From Candidatus Azambacteria bacterium (lineage in GTDB: Bacteria > Patescibacteriota > Minisyncoccia > UBA10092): a stretch of DNA of 64,000 bases. The DNA lies in the NCBI GenBank assembly GCA_016213445.1, contig JACRAJ010000002.1:36780-100779 (forward strand). The letters run 5' to 3'. The notes under the pieces are model-generated. The model made no database searches. It was not told the origin of the DNA and was given only the letters and a program-made list of their open reading frames with translations. Numbering within the stretch: position 1 is the stretch's first letter; each line of letters begins with the position of its first letter. A program made the position numbers and the translations under genes. This document shows, one piece after another, positions 38,879-48,325 of the stretch.

Positions 38879-40035
38879 ATTCCGCCGGCGGTTTTGGAAA
38901 TCAATTCCGAATCGTAGCTAAACATCAGCGCCTGGCGATTTTTATGGCGCTCAAATCCAAGCTCTATCAATTTGTCCAATAAGTCCGGAAAATCCAATCC
39001 GCTTTTTTCCCAAAGATAAAAAGACAAGGAGCCCGGCAAAGTATTTATTTCCGTTATCCAAAATTCTCCGCTTTCCGGCCTCGCCATAAAATCAATGCGG
39101 GAAATGCCCGAGGCGTCAATGGCTTTAAAAGCTTTAAGCGACATTTCCTGAATCCGCTTGGTCAATTCTTCGTTTATCGGCGCCGGCACCAAACGCGAAA
39201 GGCCAGCCATTCCCTTGGTTTTTCCGCCTTTGAGATATTTGTCTTCGTAAGTCAAAACGTCCCGAACTTTTATCGGCTGTTCGCAAACCGAAACTTTTAA
39301 AGCTTCATTGCCCAGAACCGAACAGTTTATTTCAACGATATTTTCTTTCCCCTCTTCAACCACAATCCGCCTGTCAAAATTAACCGCAATGTCGATCGCA
39401 TTTTCCAATTCTTTAATATTTCCGGCCTTGCTGATGCCGACACTGCTTCCCAAATTCGCCGGCTTTACAAAAACCGGATAACCCAAGGTTTGTTCTACAT
39501 TTTTCAAAATTCCTCCCCTGTCATTTTCCCATTCGCTTTTTAAAAATCCCGAATATTTCACAACCGGAATGCCGGCGTCTTTAAAAACAGCTTTTTGGAT
39601 AATTTTGTCCATTCCGATTGCCGAAGCCGCAACGCCGCAGCCGGTGTATGGAATGCCGGCCATTTCAAAAAGGCCTTGCAGTGTGCCGTCTTCGCCGAAA
39701 GTGCCATGGATTAACGGCATATAAATATCGGCGCGAATTTTATTGAAAAAAGATTTTAAAAAACCCTGCGGCGCAAGCACTTTAACGCTCGGCGACGCCT
39801 GAAAAATGTATTCCGGCGCTTTAACGCCGCTCAATTTTAAATTCTTGAAGTTTTCTATTTTTTCAAGCCGCTTATCAACCAGCCAGCGGCCGGATTTGTC
39901 GATATAAACCGGAATGATTTCGTATTTATCGCGATCGATACTTTCAAAAGCCTGCATGGCGGTTACAATAGAAACTTCGTGTTCAACCGACCGCCCGCCG
40001 AAAACCGCCGCAACTTTTATTTTGGAATTTTCCAT
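38869..40035 (-). CDS. ddl: D-alanine--D-alanine ligase
   Basis: FGGRSVEHEVS, HGTFGEDG, GSSVG, EINTLPG. Confidence 0.96.
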   Translation of the reverse strand: MENSKIKVAAVFGGRSVEHEVSIVTAMQAFESIDRDKYEIIPVYIDKSGRWLVDKRLEKIENFKNLKLSGVKAPEYIFQASPSVKVLAPQGFLKSFFNKIRADIYMPLIHGTFGEDGTLQGLFEMAGIPYTGCGVAASAIGMDKIIQKAVFKDAGIPVVKYSGFLKSEWENDRGGILKNVEQTLGYPVFVKPANLGSSVGISKAGNIKELENAIDIAVNFDRRIVVEEGKENIVEINCSVLGNEALKVSVCEQPIKVRDVLTYEDKYLKGGKTKGMAGLSRLVPAPINEELTKRIQEMSLKAFKAIDASGISRIDFMARPESGEFWITEINTLPGSLSFYLWEKSGLDFPDLLDKLIELGFERHKNRQALMFSYDSELISKTAGGIQK

Positions 40036-40064
40036 ACGCGAAAATTATACACTATTTATTATTA

Positions 40065-41702
40065 TTATTCTACCGGTTTGTCGGGAGGAATGCCCCAATA
40101 GCTGAATATGAATTGAGCCAAATCGTGAAAAACCGGCACAACCGTGCTTTCAGCGAAACGAACCCCTTTGGGATTGTCGATTTTAATCACGGTGATAAAT
40201 TTCGGATCGTATGCCGGCGCGAAACCGACGAATGTGTGGATATTTTCGTTTGCTTTGTAAGTGTGTGTTTTTAAATCTGGAATTTGAGCCGTTCCGGTTT
40301 TTCCGGCGATGGAATATCCGGCAATTTGAGCCCGCCGGCCGCTTCCGTTTTCAACCACTTTCACCATCATTGCTATTATTTTAGCTGAAGTTTCGGGAGA
40401 AATAACTTGGGTTCCCGGCTCGCTTTTCACTTCACGGCTTTCTCCGTTTCGGAAAATGATTTTAGCCGCCAAATGGGGCCTGACCAATTTGCCGCCGTTG
40501 GCAATTACCGATAGTGCCCGAATAAGCTCGACGGGCGTCAAAGCAACGCCCTGCCCAAAAGAAGCGGTGGCAAAATTAATGTCTCTCATATTCGATAGAA
40601 TTGAAAGATCTCCGGAAATTTCTTTGACATCGATTCCGGTTTTGCTGTCGATGCCAAAATTTTTCAGATATTTAAGAAATACGTCTTTCGGCACTTGCTG
40701 TTCAACAAAAACGGCGCCGGTATTTAAAGATTGTTCCAAAACCATTGGCATTGCCTGCCAACCCAAAACTTCGTTCGGCATAGCGTTGGAAATAATTCTG
40801 CCGTCAATTTTCACGCTGCCGGTGTTGTAGTACTTTGTCTCCGTCGTAACCGCGCCGGTATCAATGCCAATCGCCATAGTGATCGGTTTGAAAACTGAAC
40901 CGGGCTCATAACGTTTTAAAGTGGCCGGATTCATAAAAAAATCTTTATCGGAAACGGCGGAATAATTGTTGGCGTCGAAATCGGGAAAAGACGCCATGGC
41001 GGCGATATCGCCGTTTTTAGGATTCATCACAATAATAGAGCCGCTGTCGGCCTGCCACTTTTGAACCGCCGCGGAAATCAACGATCCGGCTTGAGCTTGA
41101 ATCGTCGAATCAATCGTTAAAACCAAATCGGCGCTGGAAACCGGCCCGGAAAGATCGTTATTGTAATATTCTTCAAGGCCGTACTGGCCAGCTTGACCAT
41201 TTTTGCCGAATCCCAAAAAACCGATAACCTGCGAAAGGCGCAAACCTTCGGGATAATATCTCAAAGTTTCGCTGTCGACGCCGAGAGCCGGGTCGCCCAA
41301 AGCTTTAACGGCGTTTACAACATCATCGGAAACTTTTTTCTTTAGAACTTCATAAGGATCATTGGTTTTTGACAACTTCTGCAATAAAAATTGTTCTTCG
41401 ACCTGCAAAATCGGAGCTAATTTTTTCGCCAATCCCGCCGGATCCGCCGCTTTTGACGGCGCGGCGTAAATCAAAGAAAATTCTTTATTCAAAACCGCGG
41501 CGTACGGAATATTGTCTTTATCGGTTAAAAAAATGCTGCCGCGGGAAATAACGCCGCTATTGGTACCCAAACTTTTGGCTTTGGCCATATAATAATCATG
41601 GCGGATGACAGTTAAATAAAAAAACCGCCCCCAAATAAGCAGGCTAAAAAAAATAAACCCGAGAATTAAAACCAAAATTCTTTTTTCCGGATTATGTTTC
41701 AT
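40065..41702 (-). CDS. ftsI: Class B penicillin-binding protein (FtsI)
   Basis: EPGSVFK, SLN, KTGTAQ; dcw context. Confidence 0.92.
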   Translation of the reverse strand: MKHNPEKRILVLILGFIFFSLLIWGRFFYLTVIRHDYYMAKAKSLGTNSGVISRGSIFLTDKDNIPYAAVLNKEFSLIYAAPSKAADPAGLAKKLAPILQVEEQFLLQKLSKTNDPYEVLKKKVSDDVVNAVKALGDPALGVDSETLRYYPEGLRLSQVIGFLGFGKNGQAGQYGLEEYYNNDLSGPVSSADLVLTIDSTIQAQAGSLISAAVQKWQADSGSIIVMNPKNGDIAAMASFPDFDANNYSAVSDKDFFMNPATLKRYEPGSVFKPITMAIGIDTGAVTTETKYYNTGSVKIDGRIISNAMPNEVLGWQAMPMVLEQSLNTGAVFVEQQVPKDVFLKYLKNFGIDSKTGIDVKEISGDLSILSNMRDINFATASFGQGVALTPVELIRALSVIANGGKLVRPHLAAKIIFRNGESREVKSEPGTQVISPETSAKIIAMMVKVVENGSGRRAQIAGYSIAGKTGTAQIPDLKTHTYKANENIHTFVGFAPAYDPKFITVIKIDNPKGVRFAESTVVPVFHDLAQFIFSYWGIPPDKPVE

Positions 41703-41716
41703 ACATAACTGCTATA

Positions 41717-42037
41717 TCATTGGCTTTTCGCCACCGAGCCGGAAACTTGGACATACTGGATTTTATCATTGGCAACAAGATTCATATTTTTAGCCGCTTT
41801 TTCAAGAAAACCGATACTTCGCTTTTCGGAAAGATTAAGGTTGAGAGACCTTATTTCTATTTTCAAATTATCAACGGTTTTTTGCAATACGGTTTTTTGA
41901 TAATTGGCCACAACCACGCTGTTTATCGCAAACAGATAAAACACGGCCAAGCCGATAACGCTTAAACCGAAAATTGTGTTAAGCGATTCTAATTTTAAAT
42001 TTTCAAATGCCTGTATTTTTAATGCGGCTCTGTTCAT
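41717..42037 (-). CDS. FtsL-like bitopic coiled-coil protein
   Basis: Single TM + coiled coil, between rsmH and ftsI. Confidence 0.65.
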   Translation of the reverse strand: MNRAALKIQAFENLKLESLNTIFGLSVIGLAVFYLFAINSVVVANYQKTVLQKTVDNLKIEIRSLNLNLSEKRSIGFLEKAAKNMNLVANDKIQYVQVSGSVAKSQ

Positions 42038-42906
42038 AATTTTTCAATTACTCTCAATTTCGCGCTGCGGCTTTTAGGATTAATTTTTATTTCTTCAGCC
42101 GAAGCGACAACGGGTTTTTTATTCAAAATTTTAATTATGTTTTCCTTGCTTAAATCTTTAGACCAATTTTTCACCAATCGATCTTCCAAAGAATGAAATG
42201 AAATGAATGCCGCCCTCCCGCCTCCCGATAAAATTTTCGGAATATCGGCCAAGGCTTTTTCTATTTCCGCCAATTCCCCGTTAACCTCGATTCTTAGCGC
42301 CTGGAAAATTTTTGTTGCCGGATGGATTTTCCCCCGCCGCCTTATAACTTTTTCGATAATCGCAACCAGTTCTTTCGTCGTTTTTATTCTTCCGCGATCT
42401 CTGGCTTGCGCCACAGCCCTTGCAACCATCCTCGCTTTCGGCTCTTCTCCGAATTCTTTGAAAATTCTGAAAAGTTCCGCTTCTCCGTAATCATTTAAAA
42501 TATCCTCGGCCGTAAGCGGCGTCCGGATGTCGTAGCGCATATCGAGAATTTCATCTTTTTGGAATGAAAATCCTTTTCCCGAATTTTCCAGCTGGCCGGT
42601 CGACATTCCAAAATCAATCACAACGCCCTTAATTTCGCCGATGCCGCTTTCTTCGACAATTTTCAAAATGTTCCCGAAAGAATCGTTTGCAAAAACAACC
42701 CTGTTTCCGAATTCTTCCAAATTAATCTTGGCGCGGCTTATCGAATCAATATCGCGATCGATGGCAATCAATTTTCCATTCGGCGCGGTTTTTTCGAGTA
42801 TCGCTTTAGCATGGCCGCCGTCGCCCACCGTGGCATCGATAAAATTCTGATTCGCCTGCGGATCCAGATATTTCAAAACTTCGTTTAAAAGAACGGGAAC
42901 GTGCAT
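42034..42906 (-). CDS. rsmH: 16S rRNA m4C1402 methyltransferase
   Basis: HVPVLL.E, GGH, LDMR, FQALRIEVN, FHSLED, RSAKLR. Confidence 0.97.
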   Translation of the reverse strand: MHVPVLLNEVLKYLDPQANQNFIDATVGDGGHAKAILEKTAPNGKLIAIDRDIDSISRAKINLEEFGNRVVFANDSFGNILKIVEESGIGEIKGVVIDFGMSTGQLENSGKGFSFQKDEILDMRYDIRTPLTAEDILNDYGEAELFRIFKEFGEEPKARMVARAVAQARDRGRIKTTKELVAIIEKVIRRRGKIHPATKIFQALRIEVNGELAEIEKALADIPKILSGGGRAAFISFHSLEDRLVKNWSKDLSKENIIKILNKKPVVASAEEIKINPKSRSAKLRVIEKL

Positions 42907-42907
42907 A

Positions 42908-43339
42908 TCAGATTCCAAACTCGCTTAATCCTTCCGCAATATCGCCGGACATTTTTTCCGCTTCGCCGATATATTCGTTCCAAATGTTTTCGCTCCAAAG
43001 CTCAACGCGGTCGGAAACGCCGATCACTACAATCGATTTTTCCAATCCGGCGTAATTTTTAAGCGAATCGGGAATTAAAACGCGGCCCATTTCATCAATC
43101 TCAACTTCGGAAGCGCCCGAAAGCATAAATCTTTTAAAATCCCGGGCTTTTTTCTGGCCAAGCGGCAAATTATTCATTTTTTCCATAAAGATCTGCCAAT
43201 CGCGATGAGGATAAATAAACAAACAGTTGTCCAAGCCTCTCGTTAAAACCGGCTTCTCCCCCAATTCCATTCGCAATTTTGCCGGAATCGTGAGGCGGTT
43301 CTTGGAATCCAAATTGTGCTTAAATTCGCCTAACAACAT
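42908..43339 (-). CDS. mraZ: Transcriptional regulator MraZ
   Basis: LDSKNRLTIP, DEMGRVLIP, GV.DRVELW. Confidence 0.96.
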   Translation of the reverse strand: MLLGEFKHNLDSKNRLTIPAKLRMELGEKPVLTRGLDNCLFIYPHRDWQIFMEKMNNLPLGQKKARDFKRFMLSGASEVEIDEMGRVLIPDSLKNYAGLEKSIVVIGVSDRVELWSENIWNEYIGEAEKMSGDIAEGLSEFGI

Positions 43340-43345
43340 GTATTG

Positions 43346-43454
43346 TTATCCCCAGTTTTATATACTTATCCACAAACTTACCCACAATCTCCCACCAAGC
43401 AAATTAATCTTAATATAAAAAAATCAGGCCCGCAATAGGCCTGATTGTGGATAA
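43346..43454 (-). promoter_or_regulatory. MraZ-box-like GTGG repeats / DnaA-box-like 9-mers
   Basis: ttatcccca, TTATCCACA (43366), ttacccaca, ctcccacc, and TGTGGATAA (43446). Confidence 0.6.
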
Positions 43455-43471
43455 GTTTTTAAGAATTTATG

Positions 43472-43543
43472 TGGGCGCAATAAGAATCGAACTTATACTC
43501 TCTCCGATGTGAACGGAGCGTTTTGCCATTAAACTATGCGCCC
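43472..43543 (-). tRNA. tRNA-Val(CAC)
   Basis: gggcgcatagtttaatggcaaaacgctccgtt-CAC-atcggag...agttcgattct. Confidence 0.92.
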
Positions 43544-44130
43544 TAAATTTTAAGTTTATTTATCAGTTTTTCGTGCTTGAAATCCAAAAGATCGCGAATA
43601 AAGCGGTCATACATTCCGTATCGATAATAAAATTCTTTCGTTGTCATCAGGCTGTAATTGATTTCTTTGCCGATTTCCGCTTCCAGCGCGCCGATGAAAT
43701 TATTGAATTTTGCCAACTTTACATTGTCGCCGACCACCAAAAGATCCGCTCCCGAATTGTCGCAATTTACGAATACGCCGCTAAGAATCGCCAATTTTAT
43801 TTTTCCCAAAGTTTTTAAGCGCTTCAGCATTTTTTCTTTTGAAGCCGGACTGGCTTTGACAAGCAGTTCCCTTAATTCGTTATAAAACGCAAAACCGCGA
43901 TTAACCCCGAAAGTCTGTTCGCTTTTTACATTTTTCCGAATCAAAAAATTGATCCCGACCAAATCTTCGATATTTTTTCTCACCGGAGCCGGTTTCAAAT
44001 TAAGTTTTTTTGACACCGCGTTCAATTTAAAATTTTCTTCCGGACTGCGCAAAAACAGCTTTAAAAGCCTCACCTTAACCGGAGAATCGAACAAAGCGTC
44101 AAATGTGGGTTCTAAAAATTTTTTCGCCAT
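43543..44130 (-). CDS. wHTH + degenerate minimal nucleotidyltransferase-like protein
   Basis: LF.S.VKVRLLKLF HTH; SGVF....ADLLVVGD...KEINY. Confidence 0.7.
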   Translation of the reverse strand: MAKKFLEPTFDALFDSPVKVRLLKLFLRSPEENFKLNAVSKKLNLKPAPVRKNIEDLVGINFLIRKNVKSEQTFGVNRGFAFYNELRELLVKASPASKEKMLKRLKTLGKIKLAILSGVFVNCDNSGADLLVVGDNVKLAKFNNFIGALEAEIGKEINYSLMTTKEFYYRYGMYDRFIRDLLDFKHEKLINKLKI

Positions 44131-44218
44131 ATCGCAACCTATGATAAAACAAAACGCCCGATTTTTCAATCGCGCGTTTTGTTTTTATGCTAATCTTATA
44201 TTATTTCGTTAATACCCT

Positions 44219-44599
44219 TTATTTCAATTCAACCGTTGCTCCGGCCGCTTCCAGTTTTTTCTTCAATTCTTCGGCTTCGGCTTTTCCGACGCCGCTTTTT
44301 ACAACTTGAGGAGCGGTATCAACCAACTGCTTCGCTTCTTGAAGGCCTTTGTCGGTCGCTTCGCGAACCGCTTTGATGACGGCAATTTTCTGATCGCCCG
44401 CCTTGGCCAATACCACGTCAAAAGCGCTCTTTTCTTCCACGGCCGCCGCTTCTCCGGCTCCGCCGGCCATCGGCATAGCCATCATGGGCGCCGCCGCCGA
44501 CACGCCGAATTTTTCTTCCAGCGCTTTAACGAGCTCGGAAAGTTCCAATGCGGTAAGTTTTTCTATTTCTTCGATTATTTTGTTGTATTTATCCGACAT
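44219..44599 (-). CDS. rplL: 50S ribosomal protein bL12
   Basis: [32 protein letters not shown]. Confidence 0.98.
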   Translation of the reverse strand: MSDKYNKIIEEIEKLTALELSELVKALEEKFGVSAAAPMMAMPMAGGAGEAAAVEEKSAFDVVLAKAGDQKIAVIKAVREATDKGLQEAKQLVDTAPQVVKSGVGKAEAEELKKKLEAAGATVELK

Positions 44600-44642
44600 A
44601 TTATTAAATTAATTTTAAATTTATAATTTTCAATTTTTTTGT

Positions 44643-45167
44643 TTACGACCTTTTACCTTTTAAATTATTTAACACTCCGACCAAATCGCGCATATTGCCT
44701 TGCAACACATTCGCCAATCCTGAAAGCGGAGAAGCAACCGTTCTGACAAATTGCCCCAAAAGAATTTCCCGAGAAGGCAGTTTCGCCAAAGCGATTATCT
44801 TTTCTTTTCCCTGCCAATTGATTCCCAAAAATCCTCCCAAAATTTTAAGAGCGTCATTAGCTTTGGAAAATTTCCAAACCGAGCTCGCCGCCGGCACCGG
44901 ATCGGCATAACTGAAAACCACGCCCACCTGATTCTTAAAGCTATCAAGATCCACGTTTTCAAAATGTTCGGATTTCAAAGCCCTGTCAATCAAAGTTTTT
45001 TTGGCAACCTTGTATTCGGCGTCGGCCGCTTTCAAATTGCGCCGCAATTCCATGGTTTTGCTTACGGGCAATTTATTAAAATCAACAAAAACCGCTGCCT
45101 TGGCTCGTTTAAATTTATCAACCAAATCTTTCAAAATATTCTGTTTTTGTTCTTTTGTTAACGGCAT
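44643..45167 (-). CDS. rplJ: 50S ribosomal protein uL10
   Basis: YKVAKKTL, LAKLPSREILL; upstream of rplL. Confidence 0.96.
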   Translation of the reverse strand: MPLTKEQKQNILKDLVDKFKRAKAAVFVDFNKLPVSKTMELRRNLKAADAEYKVAKKTLIDRALKSEHFENVDLDSFKNQVGVVFSYADPVPAASSVWKFSKANDALKILGGFLGINWQGKEKIIALAKLPSREILLGQFVRTVASPLSGLANVLQGNMRDLVGVLNNLKGKRS

Positions 45168-45244
45168 ATATTTAAAATTTTCAATATTTCAAGCATTAAA
45201 AAATGCGGATTATAATCCGCAAATAATAAAAGCATCTGCTTTTA

Positions 45245-45289
45245 TCCTCGGAGAGGCTCACATCTTTCGAAAGCTCTCTGTCTGCGGAC
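45245..45289 (-). promoter_or_regulatory. L10 leader-like autoregulatory RNA
   Basis: uCCGcAGACAG-agag...ccucu-CCGAGGA resembles the L10_leader consensus; promoter TTGACA-17-TATATT at 45356-45328. Confidence 0.65.
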
Positions 45290-45352
45290 TGCGTCCTCCG
45301 AAGCTTTATGCGAAGGAGGATATTACCAATATATTATGTGCGCAAAATCTTG

Positions 45353-46027
45353 TCAACCTTGGTATCGCTTCCTCCACTCCTCGATTTTTTTATGGTTGCC
45401 GGAAAGCAAAACTTCGGGAACGGCGTATTTTTTACCGCGATAAATAAAAACATCCGGACGAGTGTATGTTGGAACGCCAATTCCGTATCTCTTTTCTTCG
45501 AGCGATTCCTCTTTGCCCAAAACACCCGGAATATGCCGCGAAACCGCGTCAATAACAACCATTGCCGGAAGTTCCCCTCCGGTTAAAACATACGGCCCTG
45601 CTGATAATTCCGAAATCCGAAATTCGAAATTCGAAATTACTTTTTTAATCCGCGCGTCAACGCCTTCATAACGGCCGGCAATCATCACGATGCGATCATA
45701 TTTTTTGGCGAAATCGCTTGCCATCTTGGAATTAAATTGTTTTCCGGAAGCGGAAAATAATATTATCTTGACTTTTGATTTTTGATTTTTGATTTTTGAT
45801 TTTAAAATCGAATCGAGAGCTCTAACAATCGGTTCAGCTTTAAACACCATTCCCGCTCCCCCGCCATACGGCTTTCCGTCAACCGTTTTATGCTTGTCGG
45901 TCGTAAAATCGCGCAAATTAATCGCGTTGATTTTAATTTTCTTGTTTTTTAAGGCGCGCTTAATGATACTCTCGTTTAAATAAGAATCGAAAATTTTCGG
46001 AAAAATTGTTATTATGTCAAATTGCAT
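45353..46027 (-). CDS. trmD: tRNA (guanine-N1)-methyltransferase
   Basis: PYGGGAGM, GRYEGVDAR, YVLTGGE, LLSGNH. Confidence 0.97.
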   Translation of the reverse strand: MQFDIITIFPKIFDSYLNESIIKRALKNKKIKINAINLRDFTTDKHKTVDGKPYGGGAGMVFKAEPIVRALDSILKSKIKNQKSKVKIILFSASGKQFNSKMASDFAKKYDRIVMIAGRYEGVDARIKKVISNFEFRISELSAGPYVLTGGELPAMVVIDAVSRHIPGVLGKEESLEEKRYGIGVPTYTRPDVFIYRGKKYAVPEVLLSGNHKKIEEWRKRYQG

Positions 46028-46036
46028 ATAGCTAAT

Positions 46037-46183
46037 ATAATATCTTTAAATAATAATTTTTCTCGCGCACTCGGCCGCCCAGCGGCGACCTTATTGTCCG
46101 ATGAAAGCGTTTTGCTCCGCTACGCGGAGACCATGCCAAAACGCTTTCATAAGCTTCGTAAAATTATTATTTAAAGATATTAT
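46037..46183. mobile_element. Non-autonomous hairpin element, copy 1
   Basis: 24-bp perfect terminal IR; core shared with 61131-61273. Confidence 0.7.
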
Positions 46184-46195
46184 TATCAATCTTAG

Positions 46196-46225
46196 CCAAA
46201 ACCCCCGCAACGCGGGGGTTTTGGT
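46196..46225. terminator. Terminator after KH gene
   Basis: ccaaaacccccgc-aac-gcgggggttttgg. Confidence 0.7.
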
Positions 46226-46230
46226 TTAGA

Positions 46231-46557
46231 TTAAAGTTGTTTCAAATCTTCAACAACTTGATCCATGTCTCTTGCCGGTCTTTCTCTCATCGGACGAGTT
46301 GAACCCTCCGGTTCCTCTATCTTCAAATTGACGCGCGCGTTGTGGCGAGCGCCGATTATTCGAAGCAAAGTGCGGATGGCTTTTGCGGTTGAACCCTGTC
46401 GACCTATAAGCATACCCATATCTTCTTTATTCACTTTGAGGTCTAAAAGGACACCCATTTCGTCAACCTTGCGATCAATTTTGACATCATCGGGATGATC
46501 AACGATTGATTTTACAAGGTACTCAAGAAATTCCTGATCAACTGGTTTGTTAGCCAT
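46231..46557 (-). CDS. khpA: KH-domain RNA-binding protein (KhpA/UPF0109)
   Basis: LVKSIVDHPDDV, DMGMLIGRQGSTAKAIRTLL. Confidence 0.9.
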   Translation of the reverse strand: MANKPVDQEFLEYLVKSIVDHPDDVKIDRKVDEMGVLLDLKVNKEDMGMLIGRQGSTAKAIRTLLRIIGARHNARVNLKIEEPEGSTRPMRERPARDMDQVVEDLKQL

Positions 46558-46692
46558 TTCTTTGAAGAAATTATTTTAAAAGTATTTATTCAGTAGGTCG
46601 ACCTGGCTCCATTATCGCGGAGTAGCTACTAAATTAGTAGCAGTTTACCAAAAAACAGCACATTCGTCAACATCAATGATAATTGTCGGAAT

Positions 46693-48315
46693 TTATCTCC
46701 CTAAAAAGAAATTGAGAATAACGCCAAATGGAGAATATTTGAGCAATGATTGGGGAGCGCTTGGCTCGGGCGCGGGTACGGGAGCGGGCGCGGCGGCGCC
46801 GGACGGAGAAGGCGGAGCTGTTTCTCCTGATGGCGGCGGAGAAATTGTTCCCGGTGGCGGCTGAAAGCCTTCCTGGGGCATTTGACCGACAGGAGGCATT
46901 TGGCCGGCGGGCGGCATACCTTGCGAAGGCGCGCCGGGCGGATATTGAAAACCCTCTCGCGGCATTTGATATTGCGGATACACACCTTCCCGAGGCATTT
47001 GGCCTTGAGGCGGCATTTGGCCGGCGGGCGGCATGTATTGCGAAGGCATGCCAGCCGGAGGCTGGAAGCCTTCCCGAGGCATTCGGCCTTGAGGCGGCAT
47101 TTGTCCGGCGGGCGGCATCATTGGAATAAAACCGGGAATTTCCTGGATATTTTGCTGAAATTGCTGGAGGCTCCGTTGGGCTTCATCTGGTTTCATCAAT
47201 CCGGCGTCTTTGGCAAAATTAATGCAAGTTTGGACATTATTCGGATCATTGCAATAATTATTGCATTCCTCGTCGCTTTTACAGCCGCCCGGTCCTCCTG
47301 ATTCTTCCAGATTCCGGCCGACTGCCTGCATTTTTTCAATCTTTTGGATTTCCTCCGGCGGTATTAAGTTATTTTCTTTGGCGAATTTAAAACATTCTTC
47401 CCTATGCGACTGGTCATCGCAATATGTCTTGCATTCTTCGCCGCGGCAGCCGCCGGGGCCCGTCATGTTCTCAAATTTTTCAATACGCTCCAATTCCTCC
47501 GGCGGTATTAAGTTATTTTCTTTGGCAAATTTAAAACATTCTTCCCTATGCGACTGGTCATCGCAATATGTCTTGCATTCTTCGCCGCGGCAGCCGCCGG
47601 GGCCTATTTTACTGCCTATTTTTCTTGCGTTTTCGGCATCTTCGGCGCTTATAAGCCCGTTATCTTCGGCGAATTTCAGACATTCGTCTCGGTGCGACTC
47701 GTCATCGCAATAAGTTTTGCAAGCCGGACCGCGACAGCCGCCGGGACCGGGTTTGTTTCCCATTTTTTTCGCCCGCGCCAATTCCTCCGGAGGAATTAAA
47801 TTATTATCCTCGGCAAATTTAATGCAAACATCAAAATTTTGGTCTTGAGAACAGAAAGAATCGCATTCCGTTTTGGAACGGCAGCCGCCTGGGCCACCGC
47901 TTTGCTGGACTTTTTTGGCTATTTTCAATTCTTCCGGCGGAATCAGATTATATTTTTCCGCAAACGCGAGGCATTCATCAATATTTTTGCCGCTATCGCA
48001 ATAGGCCTTGCACTCGGCTTCCGATTTACAGCCGCCGGGACCGCCCTTTTCCAAAACTTGGCGCGCGATCTTTGTTTCGTTCTTGCTCATCAGATTATTC
48101 TTTTCGGCGAAAGCCAGGCAAGCGCCAGCATTCTCCGATTTATCGCAATATGCTTTGCATTCATCGTAAGAGCCGCAATTGCCGAGTTCGGAAATGGGAA
48201 AGTTCAAACTAAAAGGATTTTGGGCGCGAACGCTGTTAAACGAAAAAAACAATCCGGCGGCAAAAAACAGAAAAACAAAAATGATTTTTGCCGATTTAAA
48301 TTTTATGTATTTCAT
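46693..48315 (-). CDS. Exported Cys-rich repeat protein with Pro/Gln/Met-rich tail
   Basis: Signal peptide (VRA-Q); 7 four-Cys repeats (mostly GPGGC..EC..YC..C..FA..NNLI); MPPAGQ repeats; hydrophobic C-terminus. Confidence 0.85.
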   Translation of the reverse strand: MKYIKFKSAKIIFVFLFFAAGLFFSFNSVRAQNPFSLNFPISELGNCGSYDECKAYCDKSENAGACLAFAEKNNLMSKNETKIARQVLEKGGPGGCKSEAECKAYCDSGKNIDECLAFAEKYNLIPPEELKIAKKVQQSGGPGGCRSKTECDSFCSQDQNFDVCIKFAEDNNLIPPEELARAKKMGNKPGPGGCRGPACKTYCDDESHRDECLKFAEDNGLISAEDAENARKIGSKIGPGGCRGEECKTYCDDQSHREECFKFAKENNLIPPEELERIEKFENMTGPGGCRGEECKTYCDDQSHREECFKFAKENNLIPPEEIQKIEKMQAVGRNLEESGGPGGCKSDEECNNYCNDPNNVQTCINFAKDAGLMKPDEAQRSLQQFQQNIQEIPGFIPMMPPAGQMPPQGRMPREGFQPPAGMPSQYMPPAGQMPPQGQMPREGVYPQYQMPREGFQYPPGAPSQGMPPAGQMPPVGQMPQEGFQPPPGTISPPPSGETAPPSPSGAAAPAPVPAPEPSAPQSLLKYSPFGVILNFFLGR

Positions 48316-48325
48316 ATCGCGAAAA

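Noticed and set aside
46085..46160. Hammerhead ribozyme (CCGAUGA)
   Set aside because: No CUGANGA...GAAA core geometry
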